From positions 38,592-102,591 of the forward strand of contig DVNW01000012.1 in NCBI GenBank assembly GCA_018714105.1: a DNA stretch of 64,000 nucleotides, written 5' to 3'. The notes under the pieces were generated by a model, which was not told where the DNA came from, searched no databases, and was given only the letters and a program-made list of their open reading frames with translations. Numbering within the stretch: the stretch's first letter is position 1; each line of letters starts with the position of its first letter. Below, in pieces: positions 8,113 through 17,664 of this stretch. Both the position numbers and the translations under genes were made by a program. Source of the DNA: Candidatus Faecicola pullistercoris. Lineage in GTDB: Bacteria; Bacillota; Clostridia; Christensenellales; CAG-917.

Positions 8113-8808
8113 TCAGTCGATTCCGCGCAGAATTACCTCTTTTACGTGCTTTTTTACCCTTTCCGCCATAGCCTTCATGTCGTCGTCCGAGTATGCTCCC
8201 AGCCCGTCTTTGATAAGTCCTCCGCTGTCCTTGAACTTTTGCAGGCAATATCTTTTCGCTCCCGTTATCCACTTTGCCGCGGCTTCGACGTCGTCCGGCG
8301 TCATCAGTTCCCTGACTACCGTGGTCCTGAACTCGTAATCCACGCTGCCCGAAAGCAAAAGCTCTTTACTGCGACTTATTCTGCTAAGGTCGAGCCGTTC
8401 CACCCCCGCCGTCTCGGCGTACTTTTCGGGACGGTTTTTAATGTCCATTGCCACATAATCGACCGCGCCGCACGCGATAAGCTCTTCGAGTTTGTCGGGA
8501 TAGGTGCCGTTGGTGTCTAACTTTACGCTGTAACCCGTTTCCTTGACTTGCAAAAGAAACTCCTTTATACCTTTCTGCATAAGGGGTTCGCCGCCGGTTA
8601 CGCTGAGCCCTTCGAGTATGCCTTTGCGCTTTTTAAGATATGACAAAACCTCATCTTCGCTTATCGATTCAACCGATTCGGCATCCAGCACAAGTACGGC
8701 GTTATGACAGAAAGGACATCGGAAATTACAACCGGGCGTAAATATCAAGGCCGCCGTCTTTCCGGGATAGTCCAAAAGAGTAAGTTTTTGCAAACCGCTT
8801 ATTTTCAT
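8113..8808 (-). CDS. nrdG: anaerobic ribonucleotide reductase activating protein (radical SAM)
   Basis: Contains PGCNFRCPFCHN (CxxxCxxC radical-SAM cluster motif) and the GGEPL motif. 231 aa, adjacent to nrdD. Confidence 0.9.
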   Translation of the reverse strand: MKISGLQKLTLLDYPGKTAALIFTPGCNFRCPFCHNAVLVLDAESVESISEDEVLSYLKKRKGILEGLSVTGGEPLMQKGIKEFLLQVKETGYSVKLDTNGTYPDKLEELIACGAVDYVAMDIKNRPEKYAETAGVERLDLSRISRSKELLLSGSVDYEFRTTVVRELMTPDDVEAAAKWITGAKRYCLQKFKDSGGLIKDGLGAYSDDDMKAMAERVKKHVKEVILRGID

Positions 8809-8862
8809 GATTTTCCTTATACTGTTGTTAATATACTGTTAAAGTAATATTCAATATATATT

Positions 8863-8887
8863 AAAGGCCGCTTACGCGGCCCTTTTT
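8863..8887 (-). terminator. hairpin after the fructokinase gene (weak U-tract on the minus strand)
   Basis: Stem ggccgc (8866-8871) pairs with gcggcc (8876-8881). It is flanked by AAA on one side and TTTTT on the other. Confidence 0.5.
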
Positions 8888-9782
8888 AAAGCTGAATCGC
8901 GCCTTTGTGAAGCGTGGCCTCGCCGCCCTTTTTATTGGCATACTCGAACGCCTTGATGACGTCCCCTATCGTAAGATTGCGATAACCCTTTTCGTCTATT
9001 CTTGCCAGAAGCGCGCCGTAAAATGCGTCGCCCGCACCCGTAGTATCGACAGGTTCTACCGCTTCCGAGGGCGGAACTATATACTTTTTGCCGTCAAACC
9101 ACAGCATACTGCCCTTGTTGCCCATGGTTACCGCAAGCAATCTGCCCGGCTTTACCAGGCTCTCGGCGCCCTTTTCGATGCTTTCGGCCCCCGTATAATC
9201 CAAAATTTCGTCATCGGAAAACTTTAAAATATCCGCCTTTTCTATAAATGGCTTATAGGCTTCTACGGCTTCCTCGACGCTGTCGTAAAGATCCATTCTG
9301 AAATTGGCGTCTATACTGAGCAGATATTTGCCGTCCTTGACTTTTTTGATGATTTTGGAAGCAAACCTACGTCCTTCTTTCTCGCTGAACATCAGCGAAC
9401 CGAGATGTACTATTTCCAGGCCTTCGTACTCCGAAAGATCGATGGCGTCGGCGTCCAGATTGTAGTCTGCCGTTCCCTTTCTGAAAAAGGTAAAATCCCT
9501 CTCCCCTTTTTCCGATACCGACACGAAGGCAAGCGTGGTGTTGCGCTCGCGGTCAAGCCCTATGCGCACGTCGCCTATCGGGGTGTTTTGAGCTATGGAT
9601 TTAAGTTCCCTCCCGATTACGTCGTCGCCTACGTTTCCGATAAAGGCTGTTTTCGCACCGCTTTTTGCGGCATTGAAAGCTACGTTGAACGGAGCTCCGC
9701 CGCAGAACATGCGGTATACGGTGTTTCCGTTTTCCTTTTCGCCAATCATATCGGCCAATATCTCACCTATGCTTAATATCAT
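8886..9782 (-). CDS. PfkB-family sugar kinase, fructokinase-like
   Basis: N-terminus ILSIGEILADMIG...CGGAPFNVA, C-terminal DTTGAGDAFYGALL motif. I prefer the start at the ATG at 9782 (GGAGG RBS 5 nt upstream) over the track's 9794. Confidence 0.85.
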   Translation of the reverse strand: MILSIGEILADMIGEKENGNTVYRMFCGGAPFNVAFNAAKSGAKTAFIGNVGDDVIGRELKSIAQNTPIGDVRIGLDRERNTTLAFVSVSEKGERDFTFFRKGTADYNLDADAIDLSEYEGLEIVHLGSLMFSEKEGRRFASKIIKKVKDGKYLLSIDANFRMDLYDSVEEAVEAYKPFIEKADILKFSDDEILDYTGAESIEKGAESLVKPGRLLAVTMGNKGSMLWFDGKKYIVPPSEAVEPVDTTGAGDAFYGALLARIDEKGYRNLTIGDVIKAFEYANKKGGEATLHKGAIQL

Positions 9783-9799
9783 ACTCGCCTCCATTGGCT

Positions 9800-9828
9800 A
9801 TCATAATAAACTAATTTTGTTTTGTCAA
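9800..9828 (-). promoter_or_regulatory. sigma70-type promoter for the fructokinase gene
   Basis: On the minus strand: TTGACA (9828-9823), 17-nt spacer, TATGAT (9805-9800). Confidence 0.6.
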
Positions 9829-9831
9829 GCA

Positions 9832-9860
9832 TTGACAAAATAAATTGTCTATTTTATAAT
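9832..9860 (+). promoter_or_regulatory. consensus sigma70 promoter for manA
   Basis: TTGACA (9832-9837), 17-nt spacer, TATAAT (9855-9860). Confidence 0.7.
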
Positions 9861-9872
9861 ATTTTAAGAGCC

Positions 9873-9908
9873 TTTTCAAGAGGTTTTTTATCAGTTTTCA
9901 AGAGGTTT
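9873..9908 (+). repeat. two perfect 14-nt direct repeats (TTTTCAAGAGGTTT) with a 22-bp period in the manA leader
   Basis: Copies at 9873-9886 and 9895-9908. The second copy supplies the AGAGG RBS for the ATG at 9915. Confidence 0.9.
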
Positions 9909-9914
9909 CAGATT

Positions 9915-10973
9915 ATGAAAAATATGTCGGATTTCGTAAATAAACCCTTGTTTTTCGAACGTAACAGGGTGTTCAGAGTATACCTGGGAGGTCTGCCCTA
10001 CGCCGAGATTTTCGGCACGGACAAACCCGAAGACAATATGTTCCCCGAGGAATGGGTTGCAAGTAAAGTCAAGGCGATAAACCCCAAGTATTTCGGCCCG
10101 CGCGACGGCGTATCGGTAATAAAGGGAACGGACGTCTTTTTTGACGATTTACTGGCCGCTTACCCCGACGAACTGCTCGGCAACCGCAAGTACGATTGTC
10201 TTGTAAAATTTCTGGACAGCGCGATAAGACTGCCCGTACAGGTACATCCCACAAAGGAATTTTCGCGCAAGCACTTCAACTCGGATTACGGCAAGACGGA
10301 AGCATGGCTGGTTGTAGCCACCCGCCCCGGTGCCGAAATATATTTCGGATTTAAGGAAAAAATTACCAAAGAGCAGCTTTCCGAATACGAAGAACGCAGC
10401 GAAACCGAAAAAAATATTATGGCCTCGGTCCTTGCTTCCGTACCCGCAAAAGTCGGAGATATGTACATAATCAACGCAGGACTCATACACGCCATAGGCG
10501 CGGGTTGCACGATTATAGAAGTACAGGAACCTACCGACTTCACCATTCAGCCCGAAAGATGGTGCGGCGATTACCATATCAGCTATGAAGAGGAATACAT
10601 CGGGCTTGACAAGTCTACCGCGCTCGACTGCTTCGATTACTCGCTTTTCGGTGAAAAAGCAATACAATCGGCAAAAATCTCGCCAAAAACCGTTATCGAA
10701 AAAGACGGCTACAAAAAAGAGACCCTTATCACTTACGAAGATACTCCCTGCTTTGCCGAAAACAGGCACACGCTTACGGGAGGCAGTTTCGTTATGGATT
10801 TTGCCCCGGCGGTTTATATCGTGCTTGAAGGCGACGCCGTAATTAAGGGCGAAGACTACGAAAAACGGATAAAGCGCGGCGATTATTTCTATCTGCCCTA
10901 TATAGCCGAAAACAAATTCGAAGTAAGCGGAAACGCGGTACTTATCGAATGCCTGCCCAGTAAACAGAACTGA
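9915..10973 (+). CDS. manA: class I mannose-6-phosphate isomerase (cupin)
   Basis: The motif LPVQVHPTKEFSRKHFNSDYGKTEAWLV is typical of type I PMI metal-binding sites. I take the start at the ATG at 9915 (MKNMSDF); the track's upstream extension lies in the promoter region. Confidence 0.85.
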   Translation: MKNMSDFVNKPLFFERNRVFRVYLGGLPYAEIFGTDKPEDNMFPEEWVASKVKAINPKYFGPRDGVSVIKGTDVFFDDLLAAYPDELLGNRKYDCLVKFLDSAIRLPVQVHPTKEFSRKHFNSDYGKTEAWLVVATRPGAEIYFGFKEKITKEQLSEYEERSETEKNIMASVLASVPAKVGDMYIINAGLIHAIGAGCTIIEVQEPTDFTIQPERWCGDYHISYEEEYIGLDKSTALDCFDYSLFGEKAIQSAKISPKTVIEKDGYKKETLITYEDTPCFAENRHTLTGGSFVMDFAPAVYIVLEGDAVIKGEDYEKRIKRGDYFYLPYIAENKFEVSGNAVLIECLPSKQN

Positions 10974-10987
10974 TGTTTTACTTTAAA

Positions 10988-11017
10988 TAAAAAGCCGTCC
11001 GAACGGACGGCTTTTTA
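10988..11017. terminator. bidirectional intrinsic terminator (manA and the convergent 15-gene array)
   Basis: Stem agccgtcc (10993-11000) pairs with ggacggct (11005-11012). An A-run lies upstream and a T-run downstream. Confidence 0.85.
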
Positions 11018-11039
11018 TGTTGTTTCAATTTGTTTGCGC

Positions 11040-12011
11040 TTACTTTGCGGGTACGCTTACGGTTACTTTTTTACCGGGATACTCGAAATTGAATACAAGT
11101 TTATCCGCTTCGCCCCTGTCGCCGTACCATTTTATGATTTCGCTGTCGTTCCAAAGCTGGCTTTCAACCTTATGATAAGCGTAAATATATTCGTTATACA
11201 TCTCTACCATAGTAATATTGTCCTTTTTGGTACTGAGACATACGTTGCTGATTTTCATCTTATGAACTACGGACCAGTCTACTTTGAGGTCCTCGCCGAA
11301 CCCGTTTACGTAACTTACGTTTTCGTCAAGCGTAAGCGGGCGGTAACCCTTTATCTCGTCGCCGTCGAGAATGATGTCGTACATTACGTAATTAACAACG
11401 TTGGTGCCTAGTATGTTTTTGGTACGTGCGTCGGCAACGGAATCCTTTATTGCCTCAACGTCTGCGTATCTTGCAGTTACCGCGAGAGCCAGGTTCTGAA
11501 CGTCGGCCTCGGAACGGCAGAACGATTCAACGAAATAACGGTATCCGTATTCCTTTTCCGCGGGAATAGCCGCCACCGCAGTGCCGTCGACTTTGATTTG
11601 CGAAAGCACTCCGCCGTCATACCAGAATTCGTAACTTACGGGAGCGGCGTACTCGTCGGTATAAAAACCTTCATCGTTCTTCTTTTGTTCGGAAAATTTA
11701 ACGCTGACGTATTCGGCGGCTCCGTCCTTGACGAAGCTGTACTCGAAGCCGGGTTTATACCAGTTTTTGTCATCAGGAAAAGCCTTGTTCCCGTCGTCGT
11801 AATTACTCATGATTTCGAGATAGACTTCGGCCGAGTACTTGTATGTTTCCAGTGCCTGCAGTTTTGCGTAAACTTCGGAATATTTCGCAGAGGTTTTGGT
11901 TATGTTTTCGTCAAGCGTCGCAAAGTGTTCGTCCGACGTTTCCGTACAGCCTGCCAACACTGCAACGGCCAATATACATAAAACCGTTATCGCAATAATC
12001 TTGTTTTTCAT
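11040..12011 (-). CDS. lipoprotein of unknown function
   Basis: The signal peptide ends in the lipobox LAGC (MKNKIIAITVLCILAVAVLAGCTE). The start codon overlaps the upstream transporter's stop (TAATG). Confidence 0.75.
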   Translation of the reverse strand: MKNKIIAITVLCILAVAVLAGCTETSDEHFATLDENITKTSAKYSEVYAKLQALETYKYSAEVYLEIMSNYDDGNKAFPDDKNWYKPGFEYSFVKDGAAEYVSVKFSEQKKNDEGFYTDEYAAPVSYEFWYDGGVLSQIKVDGTAVAAIPAEKEYGYRYFVESFCRSEADVQNLALAVTARYADVEAIKDSVADARTKNILGTNVVNYVMYDIILDGDEIKGYRPLTLDENVSYVNGFGEDLKVDWSVVHKMKISNVCLSTKKDNITMVEMYNEYIYAYHKVESQLWNDSEIIKWYGDRGEADKLVFNFEYPGKKVTVSVPAK

Positions 12012-13558
12012 TACAGTTCTCCCCCTTTGTCGTACTCGTCAATGGCCCGTCCTTCGGCATCGGCTATCTTCTCTTCCTCGGTAACGAACGCGGTTTCCGC
12101 GGAAGCGGCTTCGTTTTCGGTACCGAAATGTTCGCCGTCGGCTGAAATGGTATGTTCCGTTTCCCTCCTAACGGCAAGTCTGGCGTTGATTTCGGCCATT
12201 TTCGAGCCTGAAAGCTTATAGAACAGGAAAGGTATTATACACACAAGGTTGGTAACCGCGGGTATAACGGTAAACATCATGAACAAACCGTCAAGCGTTA
12301 CCGAAAGCTGCCACGGGCTGTGATCGTTTACAGCACTGGTCAGAGGTGTGGCGAACAGGAAAGAAGCAAGCAGGAATGCGAGGAAATAATCCTTGAACGC
12401 GCTGGATATCTTACTGCGAAGCGATACGATGGCAAAAGCTATGCCTTCCTGACGTTTACCCGTCTTATCCTCCCAGTAATCCAGAGTGTCGATAACCATG
12501 AGGTGGGGCGCCACGTTAATGATACCTACCGGCATCATTGCAAAGAACATAACCAGCGCGGTTACTATCCACGGCACTCCGTAGCCTATAAAGAATACCA
12601 AAACCAGCATTACAGAGTGTACTATCGTGGATAATATAAACAACTTTTTGGCGTCCATGCGTTTTTTGAGATAAGGCGCAAGCATCATGCCTATCATGGA
12701 CGCTATAGCTCCCGGCAGCGCAAAAGCTATGTTAAGCGAACCGTTTCCGTATATATAAGTAACCATATATATCTGCATCGCGGAAACCAGGTTTCGGAAG
12801 AACGTCAAAAGCAAGCCTAATATTAATACCAGGAACTGTTTGTTCTTGAACAAATATTTGAAGCCGTCAAGAATATGCACGTTTTCTTCGGTGGGCTTAA
12901 TCCTTTCCTTTACGTTTAGGCCGCCGAGTATCATAAATATCGGAGCCAGAATGCCAATTACCAGTCCCATCATGAGGAAAGTGGTCTTCATAGGCATAAA
13001 CATAATAAACAAAGCGTAAAGCACCAATCCGGACTGCTCGCCTATCGAGCCGACTATTCTGCTTACGGATATTATTTTTGCCCTTTCCTCGGAATTTGGC
13101 GAAGCGACTGCGGGAAGTCCGTCGAGAGGAACGCCTACCAAAGTACTGATAAAATCGTAAAGCAGATAGGAAATATACATAAACGCGACTTTCTGTCCCG
13201 AAGTCAATATTCCGCCTACGGGCAGAAACATCGCTATGATTATCAGTCCGAAAGGCACCGCGCCGTATATAAGATAAGGCCTCATTTTGCCCATCTTATT
13301 TTTGGTTTTGTCTATGATAACGCCCATTATCGGGTCGTTGATGCCGTCCCAAATCTTAGCGATAAGGAACATGGTTCCCACTTTAATCGGGTCGATACCG
13401 AGTACGGAAGTGTAGAAAATCAAAAGATAACCGCCCACCAGGCCCGAAATCGCCGCCGTAGCGAATCTGGCCATCGAGAACGTTATGTAATCTTTCGGTT
13501 TGAGGTACTTCCTCTCGACAATTCCGACTTCGGCGTTGGTTGCTAATGCTTCTGTCAT
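12011..13558 (-). CDS. GPH-family (glycoside-pentoside-hexuronide) cation symporter with an acidic C-terminal tail
   Basis: About 12 transmembrane helices and the GPH signature DGINDPIMGVIIDKTKNKMGKMRPY. AGGAGA RBS. An acidic soluble tail of about 55 aa follows the last helix. Confidence 0.85.
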   Translation of the reverse strand: MTEALATNAEVGIVERKYLKPKDYITFSMARFATAAISGLVGGYLLIFYTSVLGIDPIKVGTMFLIAKIWDGINDPIMGVIIDKTKNKMGKMRPYLIYGAVPFGLIIIAMFLPVGGILTSGQKVAFMYISYLLYDFISTLVGVPLDGLPAVASPNSEERAKIISVSRIVGSIGEQSGLVLYALFIMFMPMKTTFLMMGLVIGILAPIFMILGGLNVKERIKPTEENVHILDGFKYLFKNKQFLVLILGLLLTFFRNLVSAMQIYMVTYIYGNGSLNIAFALPGAIASMIGMMLAPYLKKRMDAKKLFILSTIVHSVMLVLVFFIGYGVPWIVTALVMFFAMMPVGIINVAPHLMVIDTLDYWEDKTGKRQEGIAFAIVSLRSKISSAFKDYFLAFLLASFLFATPLTSAVNDHSPWQLSVTLDGLFMMFTVIPAVTNLVCIIPFLFYKLSGSKMAEINARLAVRRETEHTISADGEHFGTENEAASAETAFVTEEEKIADAEGRAIDEYDKGGEL

Positions 13559-13619
13559 AATTATCTCCTTTTTAAATTATTTGATTTATGCCTTACAATG
13601 ATGACTGTTTATCGGCCTT

Positions 13620-15548
13620 TCAGCCGAGCTCTTTCCTGAAAAAGTCTCCTTCTGGATATTTAAGCACGAACGCGCCCGTAGAACTCCACGCCTGCAGCAA
13701 CGAGCCGTCGGGATGAACGGGGCTGAAAAACTCGACGGGAGTGTAATTGCCTTTACTCAGGTTGTAGGTAAACCACCTGGTAAGAGGATATTCGTAATCC
13801 ATGCCGTACATCAGTTTGGCATAAGCGTACATGCCCGAAAGGTAGGGCCAGTCGCCGCCGTTGTGATAGTAGTAAGGAAGAGTGGACTTCTGTACGGTGT
13901 CGGCAATGTTTTTATAGAACGGATAAACGCTGAGCACGCCGAAATCGCCCGCCTGTTGCTTGGTGTTGTTACGGCTTTCGAGCATTTTTTCCATATTTGC
14001 GAGCATGCGCACGGCTCTGTCGCCGTCGGTAAGCCCGAACAAGGGAATCACCACGGTATCTATCGAAAGATTGTCCTCGGTAAAACCGTCCTTTTTATAA
14101 TTGACGAAATAGCCTTTTTCCTCATCCCACAGAACGTCGTTGATAGCGGCCTTGACTTTTTCGTATTGCCTCATATATTCGCGGGAAAGCCCGTCGTCGC
14201 GTTTTTCGTACAGCTTTCCGAGCGCGTAAAGAGCGCGGGCGTAAAGGCCTTCGTCGTAAGTTACGTATCCGTTGCGGAAGACGTTGTCGCACCAGTCGCG
14301 GCGGTTATACGCACCTCCTTTGACGAGAAGTCCGCTGTCGTCCGTCTCTTTTTTCAGCCTGTCTATTACCTGCTTTGCGGATTCGAGCACGCTTCTGCCC
14401 CCTACCTTTTGGTCGAGAATTGCCGCGTCGCCCGTGTGCGCCACGTAATCGTACAGCATTATGGCGTAAAAACTAGGAGAATCGTAATGATTGCCCCAGT
14501 AGTTTTTAAAATTGAACTTTACGGCTGAAGGACACTCGCCCGTCTTTTTGTTTATGCCTTTGCAAAGCGTTATTATCTGATTGCGCACCAAATCGGGCCT
14601 TACCGGCAGAACGGACAGCACCGTCCAGTACGAGTCGCGGTAATAAGTCCTTGCGGGGAACTGATAAACTATGCCCGCCAGGAAACCTTTGAAATCGCCA
14701 AGTTCCTTATAATTCGACAACGAGCAGTTGATAAGCGAGGCATAATAGCTCTTGTGAAAATCGTCAAGCCCTTCGGGATAAGGGAAAGAATGTATGTAGT
14801 CGCGCGCGTCCTTGTAAGCCTCGTCGAATTCCTTTAAGGCCTTGACAACGTCGCAAAACGTAAAATCGTCGCGAGTACCCGCGCTCATTACGTAGCGGAA
14901 TTTTTTTATCATTCCCGCTTCCACCGTACCGCCGAGCCTGAACTGATTGTAAAAATTACGCTCCTTTTCAAGCACTTCCGCGCCCTCGCTGACGGCAAAG
15001 TCAAGATAAAAATCGCCCATTACGTCGTTGTGAATATAACCTATTCCGTCCTGAAACTCGAGGCCGGGTTTTTTGCCCGCTATCACGCCTTTCAGTATTT
15101 TGCCTATATTGCCCGCGCTTAACCTGTTTGATAAAAGCTGTTCGAGATAAGACGAATAGTTTATGCCGAAATTTATTACGTTTTCGAACTCGATATGCTC
15201 TTTGGCCACTACTTCGATCTGGCAGTACACCGCGTTTTTCGTGCCGTCCAGAAACTGCGTGATCATAATGTCGGCCTGCGGCAGACAGATTGTTGTGCGC
15301 TGCCTGCGGCCTATCATCTCGACCTTTTTCTGTACGTCCCACGTTACGGGCTCGCCGTTTATTCCGAACATCGAATAGTAAGCCGAAAACACGGAAAATT
15401 TGTTCATGACCGCGTATTTGGACACGCCGCCCCGTCCGTCGAACTGCACGGAAATCCTGTTGTTTCCCGCGTCGTAAGCAACCTTTTCAAAATAAGGCCT
15501 GTTTACTATTATTTTTCCGTCCTTAAAAATGGTTTCTGCGTCTTTCAT
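13620..15548 (-). CDS. six-hairpin (alpha/alpha)6 glycoside hydrolase, GDE_C/GH63-like
   Basis: 642 aa. The motifs RDSYW, YYHNGGDWPYL and LLQAWSSTGAF resemble those of the amylo-alpha-1,6-glucosidase/GH63-type catalytic barrel. The exact family could not be determined. Confidence 0.65.
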   Translation of the reverse strand: MKDAETIFKDGKIIVNRPYFEKVAYDAGNNRISVQFDGRGGVSKYAVMNKFSVFSAYYSMFGINGEPVTWDVQKKVEMIGRRQRTTICLPQADIMITQFLDGTKNAVYCQIEVVAKEHIEFENVINFGINYSSYLEQLLSNRLSAGNIGKILKGVIAGKKPGLEFQDGIGYIHNDVMGDFYLDFAVSEGAEVLEKERNFYNQFRLGGTVEAGMIKKFRYVMSAGTRDDFTFCDVVKALKEFDEAYKDARDYIHSFPYPEGLDDFHKSYYASLINCSLSNYKELGDFKGFLAGIVYQFPARTYYRDSYWTVLSVLPVRPDLVRNQIITLCKGINKKTGECPSAVKFNFKNYWGNHYDSPSFYAIMLYDYVAHTGDAAILDQKVGGRSVLESAKQVIDRLKKETDDSGLLVKGGAYNRRDWCDNVFRNGYVTYDEGLYARALYALGKLYEKRDDGLSREYMRQYEKVKAAINDVLWDEEKGYFVNYKKDGFTEDNLSIDTVVIPLFGLTDGDRAVRMLANMEKMLESRNNTKQQAGDFGVLSVYPFYKNIADTVQKSTLPYYYHNGGDWPYLSGMYAYAKLMYGMDYEYPLTRWFTYNLSKGNYTPVEFFSPVHPDGSLLQAWSSTGAFVLKYPEGDFFRKELG

Positions 15549-15552
15549 GCCT

Positions 15553-16713
15553 TTATTTTACTTCCTTTGCCGAAGAAACGGCTTCCTCGGCCTTGCGTTT
15601 TTCGAGTTCGGCGATATATCTTTCCTCGTCGATAGGCAGAGTAACTTCTTCGCCCGTCCAGCCCGACAGATGTATGGCGTTGCTGAAAGTCAGCCCCGTT
15701 ATGCCGTCTACGCCGGGAGCGATCAGCTTGCTTTCCTTTCCGAGAAGCACGCCGGAGTAATTTCTCACTATCCTGAAATGCTGCCCGGGGAAGGCGTTTT
15801 CTCGGATAACTTCTATTAAAGACTTCTTATATACGATTTTCTTATTTTTGGGTTTGGACATAAAGCCCTTGTTTACCGCGCTGAATTCGGGCTCTTTCAC
15901 TTCGTTTTTCACAAAGGTAAGTTTGCGGCCTTCGATTATTATTTTGCCGCCCGTTCCCGTTATTTCAAGCCTGTTGGTGCCCGGAGCGTCGTGCGTAGAG
16001 GTTATGAATACGCCGCTGGCGCCGTTTTTGAATTCGCAGTACGCGGTCACGTCGTTTTCCACGTTGATTGCCCTGCCCACCGTTTTGGTGTATGCCTTTA
16101 CCTTGACGGGAAGCCCCGCAAGCCATGTGAACAGATCGAGCTGATGAGGACACTGATTGATAAGTACGCCGCCGCCTTCGCCGGCCCACGTGCCGCGCCA
16201 GCCGCCCTGATTGTAATACGCCTGAGGACGGTACCAGTTGGTTATTATCCATACTATACGGGTAAGCTCTCCCAGCTCGCCGCTTTCTATAATCTGCTTG
16301 GCTTTTACATACAGCTTGTTCGTGCGCTGATTGTACATTATCCCGAACAGCTGTCCCTTCTTTTCGGAGGCGTATTCGTTGAGCTCTCTTATTGCTTTCG
16401 TGTAAACGCCCGCGGGTTTGTCTATCAGCACGTTCAGCCCTTTTAACAGCGCGTATTCGGCTATTTCGGCATGCTGATAATGCGGCGTTACCACCATTAT
16501 GACGTCTGCAACCTTGTCGTCCACCATCTTTTTGTAATCGTCGTAAACGGCTACTTTGCCCTTTAAGGCGTCCTGCGCCCATTTGCGCCTTTCTTCCCTG
16601 ACGTCGCACACGGCCGTAAGAACGGCGTTTTTATCGGTGTTCATCATAAACCGACGGGCATACATGCTGCCCTGCTTTCCTATACCTACTATGGCATACT
16701 TGACTTTTCCCAT
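15553..16713 (-). CDS. Gfo/Idh/MocA-family NAD(P)-dependent oxidoreductase (paralog A)
   Basis: N-terminal Rossmann motif KYAIVGIGKQG and the EKP motif (IDKPAG). Shares long blocks with the 17661-18785 paralog (FGIMYNQRTN, AYYNQGGWR, GEGGG.LINQC.HQLD, PGTNRLEI). Confidence 0.85.
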   Translation of the reverse strand: MGKVKYAIVGIGKQGSMYARRFMMNTDKNAVLTAVCDVREERRKWAQDALKGKVAVYDDYKKMVDDKVADVIMVVTPHYQHAEIAEYALLKGLNVLIDKPAGVYTKAIRELNEYASEKKGQLFGIMYNQRTNKLYVKAKQIIESGELGELTRIVWIITNWYRPQAYYNQGGWRGTWAGEGGGVLINQCPHQLDLFTWLAGLPVKVKAYTKTVGRAINVENDVTAYCEFKNGASGVFITSTHDAPGTNRLEITGTGGKIIIEGRKLTFVKNEVKEPEFSAVNKGFMSKPKNKKIVYKKSLIEVIRENAFPGQHFRIVRNYSGVLLGKESKLIAPGVDGITGLTFSNAIHLSGWTGEEVTLPIDEERYIAELEKRKAEEAVSSAKEVK

Positions 16714-16722
16714 ATCTTCCTC

Positions 16723-17664
16723 CTATTCGGTTACTTGGGCTATGATTTTCTTTAACCCTTCATACTGCCAGACAAATACCTGCTCCCTGCTTACTTTGCC
16801 GAACAGACTTATTCCGTAAGCTTTGTCGATTCTTCTGAATACTTTATGGAAGTTTTTGACGGGCGGGATAAGCGCCGTTATCGGACAAAGCACGTTGAAT
16901 GCGTTTTTGAGCGCCGCATACTTGCCGGTATGAGGTTCGAGAGTGAAAAATCCTTCGTAGCCCCTGTTGTTTATAAGATCGTCAATCATTTCCCTGTATC
17001 CGCCCTCGCCCGTGCCTACGGGTACTTCGACTTTTTCGGGAGAACAGTCTTTGATATGATAATATACGCAGTAATCTTTAAGTTCGCCGTAAGCCTTGCG
17101 CGCGTCGGCCGAACACTGAATGAAATTGCTTGCGTCAAAGGCGAGTTTGAATTGCTCGTCGCCCAGCGCGTCGTAAATCTGACGGCATCTGGAAGGAATA
17201 TCGCCGTAAATCTTCTTTTCGTTTTCGTGTATGAGTATTACGTCGTGTCCCGCGACCACGTCTTTAAACCCTTGAAGTTTTTTGATTACTTTGGGGAAAT
17301 ATTCGTCGTAATTGCCGTCGGGATTCACTATAAAACTGAATATCCTTATGTATTTGCAATCCATGATTTCGCAGATTTTAACAAGCTCGGCAAGCTGTTT
17401 GAGCTGGCGCGCGTATCCCTCCTCGTCGTCCAGGGCGATTTTACCTATGGGCGAACCTATCGAGGAAAACTTCGCTCCGTACCTGTCCAGCTCGGGCTTG
17501 ATATCCCTTTCGAATTCCTCGGCGGTGTACGAAGAAATATTACGTCCGTTCACGTTCCTCGGACAGATATAGCTTTCGCCCAGTTTTTTCATAAGTTCGA
17601 GCTGTATCTTCAAGTCCGTACTGACCTCGTCGTAAAACCCCGATATTTTAATTTTTGCGCTCAT
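16723..17664 (-). CDS. xylose-isomerase-like TIM-barrel protein (sugar phosphate isomerase/epimerase family)
   Basis: I take the start at the ATG at 17664 (GGAGGG RBS; ATGA overlap with the upstream gene), so the product begins MSAKIKISGFYDE. It has the AP_endonuc_2-type pattern (IRIFS..., ILIHENE, FDASNF, FTLEPH). Confidence 0.8.
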   Translation of the reverse strand: MSAKIKISGFYDEVSTDLKIQLELMKKLGESYICPRNVNGRNISSYTAEEFERDIKPELDRYGAKFSSIGSPIGKIALDDEEGYARQLKQLAELVKICEIMDCKYIRIFSFIVNPDGNYDEYFPKVIKKLQGFKDVVAGHDVILIHENEKKIYGDIPSRCRQIYDALGDEQFKLAFDASNFIQCSADARKAYGELKDYCVYYHIKDCSPEKVEVPVGTGEGGYREMIDDLINNRGYEGFFTLEPHTGKYAALKNAFNVLCPITALIPPVKNFHKVFRRIDKAYGISLFGKVSREQVFVWQYEGLKKIIAQVTE

